Source: a virus
Length of the DNA stretch: 64,000 bases
IMG/VR virus record: IMGVR_UViG_3300020596_000014
Coordinates: 32,001-96,000 of that record
Direction: 5' to 3' (one strand)
The translations under genes and the position numbers were made by a program. The notes under the pieces are model-generated. The model was not told where the DNA came from and did no database searches. It was given only the letters and a program-made list of their open reading frames with translations. Positions 1-9,619 of this stretch are shown here, piece after piece. How positions within the stretch are numbered: position 1 is the first letter of the stretch; each line of letters opens with the position of its first letter.

Positions 1-408
1 GGCCTTGCCAGTGCCCATGCCATCAAAAATGCAACCGCTCGAGATGTGGACAAGCTTGAATCCAAGCACATTACACGCTAGAGCTACGTTGAGCGCGCCG
101 CCGGTGTTGACAGCCCAACATTGCTCTTTATTTTGATCGCACCACTCGAGATTGATCATGGCGGCCGTATTGATGACAACTGGTGCAATCTCGGGTAAGT
201 GCCATACATTTCCCATACGATTAGGATTCGCATTGTGAATCGCGACATGATCACGTGCACTTGAATTTCCGCGATCACAAGCTTCGCGTAGAACTTTGGC
301 TAGTTTAAGCGGCTCATCACAGATCTCGATATCTTTGTGACCGAGGACAACGTCTCCTGGTTTTTTGATCTGCTGCGCAACCTTACCGTTGCCGATGATA
401 ATTCTCAT
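1..408 (-). CDS. rmlD: dTDP-4-dehydrorhamnose reductase-like NDP-sugar reductase (runs off the window edge)
   Basis: Manual translation from ATG 408, which overlaps the rmlA stop (ATGA): MRIIIGNGKVAQ...VINTAAMINLEWCDQNKEQCWAVNTGGALNVALAC...KLVHISSGCIFDG, matching RmlD-family motifs. Confidence 0.75.
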   Translation of the reverse strand, partial: MRIIIGNGKVAQQIKKPGDVVLGHKDIEICDEPLKLAKVLREACDRGNSSARDHVAIHNANPNRMGNVWHLPEIAPVVINTAAMINLEWCDQNKEQCWAVNTGGALNVALACNVLGFKLVHISSGCIFDGMGTGKA

Positions 409-1127
409 TGTTTACTCCAAATCATCTTACAAGCTCTTTCGTAAGAATCGTGAGTGCCAGCGTCGATCCAGCCGCCCGCGACGCGATGCACAACACCATT
501 TTGATTCTTGACGACGTAGCGATTCACGTCGCTGATCTCGTACTCGCCACGGGCTGACGGTTTCAGCTTCTTGATAATGTCGAAGACCGAAAAGTTATAG
601 AGATACAAGCCGAGAACAGCGTCATTGCTTGGCGGGTTGATCGGCTTCTCGACGACGTCGTCCACGAAGTTGTCTCTGTCGTACGACACGACGCCGAACC
701 GTTGAGGGTCTGGTACTTCCTTGACAAACAAGCCATATGTGTGGTCAGAACTATCGAACGCAGCGATGTCGGCACTAACTGTGTCAAGATCCTCAAAGAT
801 GTTATCTCCTAGGATGACAGCGAACTTGTCATGACCCACGAAAGCCTCACACATGCCGAGCGCCGCGGCGATTCCGTTTGCTTCCTCTTGAACTCTGTAA
901 GTCATCTGGCAACCGTATTCCTTACCAGAGCCAAGTGAGGCCACAATCGCGCCCATGTGTTCTGACCCCGTGATCAGCATCACATCAGTGATACCAGCCT
1001 TCAGCAACACATCGAGCACATGAACGATGATGGGACGACGACCCATCGGAAGCAACGACTTGTTGACTGCGCGTGTCAGAGGTGCAAGGCGAGAACCGGT
1101 GCCGCCGGCGAGGATAATGCCCTTCAT
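405..1127 (-). CDS. rmlA: glucose-1-phosphate thymidylyltransferase (short form)
   Basis: MKGIILAGGTGSRLAPLT, LGDNIF, RFGV, VEKP, SARGEYEISD, WIDAGT motifs. Confidence 0.92.
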   Translation of the reverse strand: MKGIILAGGTGSRLAPLTRAVNKSLLPMGRRPIIVHVLDVLLKAGITDVMLITGSEHMGAIVASLGSGKEYGCQMTYRVQEEANGIAAALGMCEAFVGHDKFAVILGDNIFEDLDTVSADIAAFDSSDHTYGLFVKEVPDPQRFGVVSYDRDNFVDDVVEKPINPPSNDAVLGLYLYNFSVFDIIKKLKPSARGEYEISDVNRYVVKNQNGVVHRVAGGWIDAGTHDSYERACKMIWSKQ

Positions 1128-2191
1128 TAGCGCGAAATATAGCGCTTATTTTGGGAACAGTTCCTGATTGCCATCAAGAGATTGAAGTCGGTCCAGCCTT
1201 GCTGTGCGTTGTATAGAAGCTTCATGTCTCCGCTGGAGCTGACGTGATCAGCAAAGTTGTCGACAATGACCTTAAGAGCTTCTTGTTGATCAGTCAGGTC
1301 GAGCGTCGATGAGTGCCAGTTACACAACAGCTTCCCATTCTTTTCGTAAGCTTCGATCGAACGCGTCTTGCCAGCAAGGTTGAGATGACAATCCACCTTG
1401 ATCTCACGTGAATTTGCGTCTTCCGTGGCGACACGCACCTCGAAGTCGTTGTCGTCGTTCGAAATGGTGGCGCGGTCTGTGTAGATCCGAAGCGATCGCG
1501 GCTTGCGATACGGACACCGATTGTACAGAGAGCTAAAGTTGTAGACGACCATCGCGCCGTTGGCGAAACGGACCTGGCCATTGTCCCAGTTCTCAGTGTG
1601 ACCACGTTGTTCAACTCCATTGCCATCCTTGAAAGGGGCGAGAGGAGAGGAGTGCGACATGCCGCAGATGTCGATGGCGGGAACATCGAAGCCGATGTAG
1701 CGACGCAGCTGCGCGAAGCCATGATACTCGAACGTGCGATTGTCGTTCACAACTGTGTGCGGCACGCCGAACATCAGCGGATGAGCGGCGAGCATCTTCA
1801 TTTTGATCTGCTCGCTTGGCAGGTAAGGGGTCTGCTCGGCGATGGCGAGAGAGACATTGGAACGTGTAGCTTCCTCCACAACTTGTTTGGTCCACACTGG
1901 CGTTTCGGCCAAAATTGGCTTGCGGTAGCCGATGCACTGCATCGTCACCTCGGTGAGCACCGAGGAGTTGACAGCAATGATGAGAGCATCGCAAGCGTTC
2001 GACAGTTTGTCGAGCTCGGAGTAGCGTGTGTAGCCAAACGCGTCGGTTAGCTTCTGACCCTTCGCGGCATCACGGTTCCAGAAGCCGACAACGTCGATGT
2101 TAGAGTTCGACTTCAGCACCGGCGCATACATGTCATGAACACGTCGACCTGCGCCGACGATCCCGACACGAAGCTTGCCTTCATTCACCAT
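1127..2191 (-). CDS. Gfo/Idh/MocA family NAD(P)-dependent oxidoreductase
   Basis: N-terminal LRVGIVGAG Rossmann motif; ILAETP, a variant of the EKP motif; lies in the sugar cluster. Confidence 0.75.
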   Translation of the reverse strand: MVNEGKLRVGIVGAGRRVHDMYAPVLKSNSNIDVVGFWNRDAAKGQKLTDAFGYTRYSELDKLSNACDALIIAVNSSVLTEVTMQCIGYRKPILAETPVWTKQVVEEATRSNVSLAIAEQTPYLPSEQIKMKMLAAHPLMFGVPHTVVNDNRTFEYHGFAQLRRYIGFDVPAIDICGMSHSSPLAPFKDGNGVEQRGHTENWDNGQVRFANGAMVVYNFSSLYNRCPYRKPRSLRIYTDRATISNDDNDFEVRVATEDANSREIKVDCHLNLAGKTRSIEAYEKNGKLLCNWHSSTLDLTDQQEALKVIVDNFADHVSSSGDMKLLYNAQQGWTDFNLLMAIRNCSQNKRYISR

Positions 2192-3089
2192 TTTTCTTCT
2201 CCTTGATGTATTTGATGTGGCTCAACACGTCTTTCCAAGCGTCAACTCGGCCATCGTACTTGAGCTCAGCCTCCAGATCGTTGACGTACGGGTTGCCACC
2301 GTAGCCGTCACTGAGACGCTTCTTCACGTACTCATTTATGTTCTCGAGCAATGTGTCAGACTTGCTCTCACGACCACGCAGGTACTGATCGTGTAGCCTT
2401 CGGTGATGATCTTTTGAGGCGAACCTCTTCTCATACTCGTGTTCCAACGCGAACGAGTACATCACACGGATCGAACCCTTCGGGTTCACGTCTGGAACAA
2501 CGCCATGTAGCATCGACGACTCAAAGAGAAGTGCGCTCTCATTTGATGACTCGATGATCTCGTTTTCGTATTTTCCAACAAGCATCGCGTCGAAACGTGC
2601 GTCGTTCACCATGCAACGATGTGAGCCTCGAATGAACTTCAAGCGTGGCTCAGTGTCTTCGAACTTCGGGTAGAAGTTGAGCTTCACTGCAGCTGGGAAA
2701 GCGCCAACGATAGGGTCTGATGCGTATTGATAAGCGTCACGGTGCCAATCCTGGTAGGACGGCCCGGGAAGGGTTTTGACGACCTGGATGTGATAGAGGC
2801 ACAGGCGACGACCTGTGAGCTCCTCGAGCCTCTCGGGCACGCGGTTCCCCCACAAGAAGTACAAAAAGTGTGGGCTGTACTCGAACGCCGACGGTCGTAA
2901 GTGAAAGGAGTTTTGACCCTTCTGTTCCCACGTGAAGTCAGCACGCGTTTGACCATCCCATAGTTCACGTAGATCTTCAAGCAGACGAGGGTTGTACCCT
3001 GTGGTGCCAACCGGGATCGATTCCAGTCCGTTGGCGAAGAACCTCTCGGCTGGGAGGAGGGTAGACTGATTAAAGTCGACGAGCTTCAT
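2181..3089 (-). CDS. PhyH-like 2OG/Fe(II) dioxygenase
   Basis: WHRD (HxD), FIRGSH, distal LHG and RVMY; ATG 3089 overlaps the upstream stop (ATGA). Confidence 0.75.
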   Translation of the reverse strand: MKLVDFNQSTLLPAERFFANGLESIPVGTTGYNPRLLEDLRELWDGQTRADFTWEQKGQNSFHLRPSAFEYSPHFLYFLWGNRVPERLEELTGRRLCLYHIQVVKTLPGPSYQDWHRDAYQYASDPIVGAFPAAVKLNFYPKFEDTEPRLKFIRGSHRCMVNDARFDAMLVGKYENEIIESSNESALLFESSMLHGVVPDVNPKGSIRVMYSFALEHEYEKRFASKDHHRRLHDQYLRGRESKSDTLLENINEYVKKRLSDGYGGNPYVNDLEAELKYDGRVDAWKDVLSHIKYIKEKKNGE

Positions 3090-4018
3090 TTCAATGCAGA
3101 CCGTAACACGTCTGCATATGCTTCCGAGCACTTCATAATGTCTACGGTAGCAGGATCGACACTAAACATCATCTCGGAGAGATTAGGGACGTTTAGTGGA
3201 ACTCTTGGTGGGTTGTCGTAATCGACGAGCTCGTAATCGTATGAGTCTTTGTCGGCGATGACGATGCCGTTGTTTGGAAGCACAAGCTCTTTCGTACCGC
3301 CCTCGCTGGAGCAGATAATGGGGCATCCTTGCCCGATGGCCTCAACCACAACGTTCGGGCAATGGTCGAGCCACGCCAAATGGATCATCCAGTCGGCCAT
3401 TGAGTAGACCTCGGCACACAAGTCGTGACGGATGCTGCCCGTGTAAAAGATACCCTTATCAGCAACCTGGTAGTCCGGATTGTTTCCCAGAACTATGAGA
3501 CACGAGTTGGGGTATTGTGTGGATCGGATGTGACGGAACATCTCAACGTTGTCGCATAGACGTTTCTGCGGATGCCAATTCGCCGAACAGACGAATACTT
3601 TGTCGAAGCGATTTCGGATCTCGATCAACACCTCACTCCGTAGTGTGACTTGTTTGATCTCCACGCCGTTCGAGATGACTGATCCCTTCCGCTCACCAAA
3701 CCACTTAGAGCTCATCGTGCGGTCGAACTCGCTCTGCCAAACGACGCTAGCGGCAGCATCGTAAGCAGCATGGATGCCACGATTCATTCCGCCGTGCATC
3801 TGCTCGGGAGCAAACCAAATTCCGTCAAGTCGTTGAATAAACGGTTTTCGCATATTCAGCTGTGTCGTCGGCTCTATGAATACTAAGGCGACGTCGTAGT
3901 CGTCTGAGTCCGCTACCGAGATATCCAGATGAGCAAGCTGCATAGCTAGCCGCTTCGCAAAACAGTTAGGGCCGGTGTGCTCGGCTTCGAAGTTGACGCC
4001 GTCGAAAAAAACCTTCAT
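3086..4018 (-). CDS. glycosyltransferase, GT-B fold (GT4-like)
   Basis: PQKRL, DHCPNVVVEAIGQGCPIICSSEGGTKELV (D/E-X7-E donor-binding motif). Confidence 0.85.
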   Translation of the reverse strand: MKVFFDGVNFEAEHTGPNCFAKRLAMQLAHLDISVADSDDYDVALVFIEPTTQLNMRKPFIQRLDGIWFAPEQMHGGMNRGIHAAYDAAASVVWQSEFDRTMSSKWFGERKGSVISNGVEIKQVTLRSEVLIEIRNRFDKVFVCSANWHPQKRLCDNVEMFRHIRSTQYPNSCLIVLGNNPDYQVADKGIFYTGSIRHDLCAEVYSMADWMIHLAWLDHCPNVVVEAIGQGCPIICSSEGGTKELVLPNNGIVIADKDSYDYELVDYDNPPRVPLNVPNLSEMMFSVDPATVDIMKCSEAYADVLRSALK

Positions 4019-4039
4019 GCATCATCAATTTAGTCGCTC

Positions 4040-4168
4040 TCACCAGGTGTTGGTGAGAACTGCTTTTGTTAGGCGATATACAAGCGTCGCGTCAGTCGAG
4101 ACGATCGGCAACATCAGCAACGTGAAGCAAAACGGATGGGTGTTCGCGAAGATCCAGACATCACTCAC
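4040..4168 (-). CDS. small hydrophobic hypothetical peptide
   Basis: GTG 4168 overlaps the upstream stop (GTGA); fills the operon gap. Confidence 0.35.
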   Translation of the reverse strand: MSDVWIFANTHPFCFTLLMLPIVSTDATLVYRLTKAVLTNTW

Positions 4169-4461
4169 AGTTTGAGCTTCAGTTTGCGCGTCAACGGCAT
4201 CGACCAACCTGCCTCGAGTGCTTTCTTTTCCCACGCCTGCAAACCTTTTGGTTTTACAGGAAAGGTTCCACCCCAACCGCAATGGTAGCAGTTTGCCTCT
4301 GGGCAAGGCTTAGCAAAGGATGTTCCATGATCTTGACCGGTATCGTCAGAGCAATCACAGATGAAACCAGAACAATCATCACTATTAAAATTAAGACACA
4401 TGCCTTTGCCGTGCTCGTTCGCATCGGCATCGCACTTCGGGCATGCCCAATCGAACTTCAT
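4165..4461 (-). CDS. Cys-rich putative metal-binding protein
   Basis: CPKC, CSGFICDC, CPEANCYHC in 98 aa; coupled start/stop. Confidence 0.6.
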   Translation of the reverse strand: MKFDWACPKCDADANEHGKGMCLNFNSDDCSGFICDCSDDTGQDHGTSFAKPCPEANCYHCGWGGTFPVKPKGLQAWEKKALEAGWSMPLTRKLKLKL

Positions 4462-4664
4462 GCGAGCACCGTCGGAGTAGAAAGTTTGCGTTTATAGAAC
4501 GCGCGGACATGCGCCGAGGACGGCTCATCGACAACCGACACAAGCTCCCAACCCTCTGCGCCAGGACCGTCAAGCTCGATCTGGATTCGCGCATCGGTTA
4601 CGACGTCGTCGGTGTCTAGCATGACAGAGATCTTCTTAGTCTTGTACTCCCACTTTGTGATCAC
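4458..4664 (-). CDS. DUF4177-like small protein
   Basis: KWEYKT...GAEGWELVSV...AFYKRK pattern. Confidence 0.7.
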   Translation of the reverse strand: MITKWEYKTKKISVMLDTDDVVTDARIQIELDGPGAEGWELVSVVDEPSSAHVRAFYKRKLSTPTVLA

Positions 4665-5122
4665 CGTGCGCCTCGCCTCTTCAGCTCGTCGAGAATCTCA
4701 CTCGCGAAACTTGCCTCGCTGAACAACCCAGCAATGAGTCGAAGATCTTGTAGCGGAACGTGATCGAGCTTACACTTCAAGTAGACCGGATGCACGTCAT
4801 GCTTCCATGTGTCTTCCTCGCGCGTGATGATTGGACTGTCGCCGACTTTGATCGTCTCATACATTTTCTGGGCGATCCAGCAGCGAGCGTCCTCGCTGAT
4901 GTTCTGCGAACCTTTTGCGAAGACGTTGTGAATGGTCTCGGAGACGCAATCAAACATCTCCTCCATTGAATCCTTCGTGAGCGTCTTGCCAACAAACTTC
5001 TGGAGCTTGATGCCGAGGTGGTAGCAGAGGACGTCGACGAACCGCGGACCACCGGGCTTGCCAACGTTCTTGGGGATCTGGACAGGATACGGGTTGGTCG
5101 GAGGGTTGTCTTGATCGTTCAT
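4661..5122 (-). CDS. hypothetical protein
   Basis: Open frame; ATG 5122 chosen to avoid overlap with the upstream gene. Confidence 0.6.
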   Translation of the reverse strand: MNDQDNPPTNPYPVQIPKNVGKPGGPRFVDVLCYHLGIKLQKFVGKTLTKDSMEEMFDCVSETIHNVFAKGSQNISEDARCWIAQKMYETIKVGDSPIITREEDTWKHDVHPVYLKCKLDHVPLQDLRLIAGLFSEASFASEILDELKRRGAR

Positions 5123-5142
5123 GACTATCGTAGATTCTTGAT

Positions 5143-6039
5143 CTATTTCAGCGTTTCGAGCGTCTTGAGTGACAACTGTTCGTGTTTTGGTAGCAAAAAC
5201 TTCAAACGATCGTTCAGGTTGTCGAGTTCGACCCACTCGTCGGAGGTCATGCCGTCGTTTCGCATCTTCTTACCAGCTAGCATGTCACGACGCTCAATTT
5301 CGTCCATCGACATGTTAAGCAACCCACGCTTGCGCAAGAAATCGGCTTCCTCTTTCTGAAACTTGGCATCGTCCGTCTGAAATGTCTCCGGGTTCATGTC
5401 ACAACGATAGGCGTACATCGTGACTGGCACGTGAACGCGTCGCTTCGCGAGGGCAAGCACCGGCAGATAGATCGCTTGATCGCCGGCGCGTTTGATGTAC
5501 TCATCGTCGACGCCTCGATAGTTTGCGTCGAACACCTGCTTCGAGACGCTTTTTTTCCAAGTCTTGAAGTGACTGGAGACCCAGGAGTGTTTGTATGGAT
5601 CAGCTCCGTTGGGGAGTGCGGCCGAGATGTTCTGATTCGTAACGCCATTAGCGTCGTACCACCTGTGATTACTCCAAGCGGCCTCAAGATCCGGTATTTT
5701 CTCATATGCGCGAGCCATGATCTCAAGCGCGTTGAGGTCGCAGAGATAGTCATCGAGGTCGAGGCGACAGACAATCTCTTCATCACCCATCCATGACATG
5801 GCCTCGAGTACGTTGGAGACTTCCCAGCGTCGCTCATCATTACGTACAACGCGAATCTTGTCAGCGATCCCAAGCGATAATGCGACCGTCTCAACGTAGT
5901 CGGGTGTGCCATCGGTCGAGCAATCATCAACGATGACGGCGTGCCAATCTTTGTAACTCTGCCCGGCTAACGACACTAGCGCTTGCCAAGCGGTCTTGCT
6001 ACTGTTTCTGGTCGGGATCGCAAAGGCGAAGATGTTCAC
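5143..6039 (-). CDS. glycosyltransferase family 2
   Basis: IPTRN, IVDDCSTDGT, RLDLDD (DxD); GTG 6039 overlaps the upstream stop. Confidence 0.88.
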   Translation of the reverse strand: MNIFAFAIPTRNSSKTAWQALVSLAGQSYKDWHAVIVDDCSTDGTPDYVETVALSLGIADKIRVVRNDERRWEVSNVLEAMSWMGDEEIVCRLDLDDYLCDLNALEIMARAYEKIPDLEAAWSNHRWYDANGVTNQNISAALPNGADPYKHSWVSSHFKTWKKSVSKQVFDANYRGVDDEYIKRAGDQAIYLPVLALAKRRVHVPVTMYAYRCDMNPETFQTDDAKFQKEEADFLRKRGLLNMSMDEIERRDMLAGKKMRNDGMTSDEWVELDNLNDRLKFLLPKHEQLSLKTLETLK

Positions 6040-6812
6040 CAGTCCCAAGTTTCTGCGACAACGCTCTTCTTCGCCTTTGCCTCAACGGCCCCAACACGAG
6101 TTAACAGCAACTGTCCGTAACGGATCTTCTCGTCCGACCAGCGACGGTCGTCGATGAAGATGCGACGATCCATGATCACGAGCTCAGCCTTGACGCCTTC
6201 CGGTAGATCGCAATTAGCAAGAGCCTCATGTACCTGGATCGCGACGTCGTTGCCCGTGTCCATGTGCCAGTCGTCGAACAAACAGAAGCAGTCCCAAAGG
6301 TCCTTAACTCCCTCCCAGTCACCACGAACTGCGGCAGATGTGTGATCACCGTCAATATAGACAAGGTCGTACTTGTCGGTCATCTTCGGCAGTACGTCAT
6401 GTGACGTGCCGCGCGCGATCTGGATGCGACTAGTCCACTCGGGCGGAAACATCTGTCCGAGCATCTGCATGTGGTTGTCATCGAGATGAGGCTCGATGAC
6501 CATCACCTGACCGTCGTTGCCGAGCTCAGCGAAGGCCTTGGCTGCACACAAGGCTGAGTAACCGCGACCAAAGCCGACCTCAAGATACGACTCCAACTTG
6601 TACTTCTTGATGAGCGAGTAGATCAAAATACCTCGTTCGACGTTCGGCACAAAGAACGCGCCGGCGGTTCTCCATAATTCCGAATTAGGATCGCGCATCT
6701 TTTTAGCAGTTGGCTCAGCAATGTATGAAAAATCACCTAATGAAAGTGTCTCAACTGGCATACCAATCTCGACGAGCTTGTCGTTGATGTTGACGTTCTT
6801 CTCTGGTTTCAT
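6036..6812 (-). CDS. class I SAM-dependent methyltransferase (Methyltransf_24-like)
   Basis: YLEVGFGRGYS, YDLVYIDGDH, LFDDW motifs. Confidence 0.85.
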   Translation of the reverse strand: MKPEKNVNINDKLVEIGMPVETLSLGDFSYIAEPTAKKMRDPNSELWRTAGAFFVPNVERGILIYSLIKKYKLESYLEVGFGRGYSALCAAKAFAELGNDGQVMVIEPHLDDNHMQMLGQMFPPEWTSRIQIARGTSHDVLPKMTDKYDLVYIDGDHTSAAVRGDWEGVKDLWDCFCLFDDWHMDTGNDVAIQVHEALANCDLPEGVKAELVIMDRRIFIDDRRWSDEKIRYGQLLLTRVGAVEAKAKKSVVAETWDW

Positions 6813-6815
6813 GTG

Positions 6816-8807
6816 CTACTCGCGACGATAGAGCGTCTGCAGCTCCGCAGGCGGGCTTACCTGCGACAGTGTCATGTGGGGAGTCGCCTGACCCTTCCAC
6901 TTCGAGTGCCACACATGGCCACCCGTCTTCTCGGCGAGCTCCTTCGCTCGAGACTTGATGTCGACGTCTGATACATCCTTCCATTTTTTGTCGAAGAACA
7001 TGTTCGTCTCGGCAGTGTCGACGTACTCCTTGCCGTTCAGGACGGTCCAATGACGCGTCCAGAAGTCGCGGTAGAGGCGGATCTTGCGCTCGATATCGAG
7101 CCAGCTAGCGTGATACACGGTCGGAACGTTCTGCACGACGCGTGTCAGCCAACCTTCGTAGGCGACGAGAGCTTTTGCATCACCGGCCAGTGCCTGGTTT
7201 CGCGCCTGCTCCATCTCGTTCGTCAGGAAGCCAAGAAACACGATCGGCTCACCGCTAGCGACGTCGACCGGGTCGCAACCATCGGTACCGAGCAAAGCGA
7301 TGTCGCGACCCTCAGAGTCCTTTGAGCGGAGCTGAGTCGGCACGCCGTGGGTGATCCGCGGCGAATTGCGACTCATGCGCCACTTCCACGGCGTGACGTC
7401 GAGACGGATCTTATCGAACCCGCCCCAGTACTCGACAACTGGGAGCGAAAGCATGGGGACACCCTTAGGGAAGTTCTGCACAATCTCACGGATCTTCGAG
7501 CAATCCTCGGCCCGCACAACTTCGTCGACGTCCATCTGCCAGACGAAATCGCCCGTGCATCGTCGTCGAGCCTCAGCCTTTTGCATGCCGTCGAAGAGGG
7601 CAGATCGAGGGTTAGTCCAGTCACGTTCGACAACGTACACCTTTAGTCTCGAGTGCTGATTCATATCGTTGAACGCGGCTTCGTGAGACGAGTACGACGT
7701 TATGTGTCCATCACCATGCTCGACCTGTAATGTTCCGAGCTTTGCGAGCGTGTTGTCGATTGAGCCGGCGTCGACAACGACAACCTCGTCGCAGAACGCG
7801 AGCATGGACGTGATGCATTCCTCGAACGGGTACTCCTGCTTGACACAGTTGTACGTGGTAGCGTACCCTGAGAGGGTGTACGCCCGTCGCATGTGCTTCG
7901 CGACGTCGCGCCAAAAGACGCTTGGCGAGGCTCGCAAGTAATCTTCCATGACTGTGATATCATCGGTGTCGAACCAAGCCTCGCAGGCGTGCTGAACGTT
8001 ATCGTTCAGGATCAACTCGCAACCGAGCAGCTTCGCCTCGATGACCAGACGAGGGCAGGTGTCGCCGCCGACCGGGGTGTACACAAGGCCTTTCGCTGTG
8101 GCCAAAGCTTTGAGCATGACGTCGTACGAGACATCGCCGAGCGAGTCATAGGCGAGCTCGCGCTCGTCAGCGAGTTTCCTCGCAGTCTCTGAGCCTTTGA
8201 TCCAAGACTGAGCATCAAGCACAAGCCAGCGATCTCCCTTAGTCACTTCAGATCGAAGCTTCGCAATCGACTCGAAGAACTCGTCATTGAAGACGCTAGA
8301 GAGCACGCTTTGCGGGTAATCTGCCAAGTAAGGAAATCTCATGAGATACAGATCACGCTGCTTCTCGCTCATCCACCAGATATGTTCTGCAGCGGACATG
8401 AAGCCCGAAACTGCGCTGCCGATCGGGCCTTTGTCACAGTCGCAAGAAACGCCTTCGATTTCGAGATGCTTCTCTACGGATCGGTGCTTACAAAATTTGT
8501 AATCACATTCGACGATCGAGAAGCGACAGTTCGCCGCGATCATCGCGAATAGTCTCGGGTCGAGCGAAGCGTAGTTCCCGAAAACCCAGAACTTTTGGGT
8601 CCCTTGCTTCAGATGCTCGATCGTGAGTTGAGAGGCCAGCACCTTGTGTGTCTTAACAGGTGCGGTGTCGATCAGTGCTTGAAGTGTGAGTTCAGCACCC
8701 CCGATCAACTGTTCGGGGAACGCGTCTGAGACGAAGATCACCTCGGCGTCTTTCGGGACGAGAAGGTTTGAGATCGGCTTTGAGAATAGAGAAACGTCTT
8801 GACGCAT
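6816..8807 (-). CDS. bifunctional glycosyltransferase (N-terminal GT-B-like plus C-terminal GT2)
   Basis: GGAELT and DTCPRLVIEAKLLGC in the N-half; CDEVVVVDAGSIDNT and QMDVDE in the C-half. Confidence 0.8.
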   Translation of the reverse strand: MRQDVSLFSKPISNLLVPKDAEVIFVSDAFPEQLIGGAELTLQALIDTAPVKTHKVLASQLTIEHLKQGTQKFWVFGNYASLDPRLFAMIAANCRFSIVECDYKFCKHRSVEKHLEIEGVSCDCDKGPIGSAVSGFMSAAEHIWWMSEKQRDLYLMRFPYLADYPQSVLSSVFNDEFFESIAKLRSEVTKGDRWLVLDAQSWIKGSETARKLADERELAYDSLGDVSYDVMLKALATAKGLVYTPVGGDTCPRLVIEAKLLGCELILNDNVQHACEAWFDTDDITVMEDYLRASPSVFWRDVAKHMRRAYTLSGYATTYNCVKQEYPFEECITSMLAFCDEVVVVDAGSIDNTLAKLGTLQVEHGDGHITSYSSHEAAFNDMNQHSRLKVYVVERDWTNPRSALFDGMQKAEARRRCTGDFVWQMDVDEVVRAEDCSKIREIVQNFPKGVPMLSLPVVEYWGGFDKIRLDVTPWKWRMSRNSPRITHGVPTQLRSKDSEGRDIALLGTDGCDPVDVASGEPIVFLGFLTNEMEQARNQALAGDAKALVAYEGWLTRVVQNVPTVYHASWLDIERKIRLYRDFWTRHWTVLNGKEYVDTAETNMFFDKKWKDVSDVDIKSRAKELAEKTGGHVWHSKWKGQATPHMTLSQVSPPAELQTLYRRE

Positions 8808-8838
8808 CGATCTGTCACTCTAGCTGCTGATCGGCTCT

Positions 8839-8875
8839 GTAGCAGCCGGAATCCTTCGGATTCGTGTGGCTACGC
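8839..8875. other. stem-loop in the divergent intergenic region
   Basis: gaatcc-ttcg-gattc core (C-UUCG-G tetraloop) extended by imperfect gtagc...gctac pairing. Confidence 0.5.
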
Positions 8876-9131
8876 CCACTCGACTCTTATTTGTTAAGAG
8901 ATCGAAAACTCTTAAACAATTGTGCTTCTTCTTTATTACAATCAAGGTTGGTTGGGGCGGGGATGGAGGTTGAGATTAAGATCCTTTGTGATTGCTCGAG
9001 ATGCCTAGCGCGCCTATCATTCGGGGTCGTGAGTCGTTTACTCGAAATCCAAACTCTTGTTGAAATTCTTCGTGAACGCGTCATTTGAGAGAGTGACCGA
9101 GTATCTCAACCGTCGATGAAGTCTTGTTCGC

Positions 9132-9137
9132 TACTTA
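9132..9137 (+). promoter_or_regulatory. TANNTA putative late promoter (TACTTA)
   Basis: One of 14 hexamers found 0-22 nt upstream of start codons; full list in findings. Confidence 0.5.
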
Positions 9138-9142
9138 CCCAC

Positions 9143-9610
9143 ATGCCTCGACGCTCTTTAAATGACGAGAGTCTTGAGCTTCTTATCTCAGAGATCCATT
9201 CCAAGCTCGACGGTGTTGTCTTCAACGGTGGGTTCGAGACCCTTGTCTCGAACGTTCAGAACATCCAAAAGACGCAACAGGAGATGTTAATCAAAATGGA
9301 GGATGTTCACAAGGTCATCTACGAGCCGGACGACGGTCTCTTTGCCCGTGTCAAGAAAGTCGAGACGATTCACAATCGCGAGCTCGAGCCGCTTCGTCGC
9401 GAGCTTGCTGATATCAGCGAGTGGAAGGACATCTTGACCGCGAAGGAGGGCCCGTTGGCTCAGGCCGTGAAGGACCACGACAGCGTCGACGAGCTCAACG
9501 CTTGGAAAAAGCGCATCATCGCGCTTGTCATCACTGCCGCCGGCAGCACGTTCTTGATGGCTGTGAAGACGTTATACGACGTTCTGAAAGACCATGTTTC
9601 ACTGCGCTAA
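9143..9610 (+). CDS. coiled-coil protein with a single C-terminal transmembrane helix
   Basis: Hydrophobic IIALVITAAGSTFLMAV; ATG 9143 follows TACTTA. Confidence 0.6.
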   Translation: MPRRSLNDESLELLISEIHSKLDGVVFNGGFETLVSNVQNIQKTQQEMLIKMEDVHKVIYEPDDGLFARVKKVETIHNRELEPLRRELADISEWKDILTAKEGPLAQAVKDHDSVDELNAWKKRIIALVITAAGSTFLMAVKTLYDVLKDHVSLR

Positions 9611-9619
9611 CATCGTGAC

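Noticed and set aside
9143-9610. Holin call for the single-TM late protein
   Set aside because: No endolysin is nearby and topology alone is insufficient, so it is left as a membrane-anchored hypothetical.
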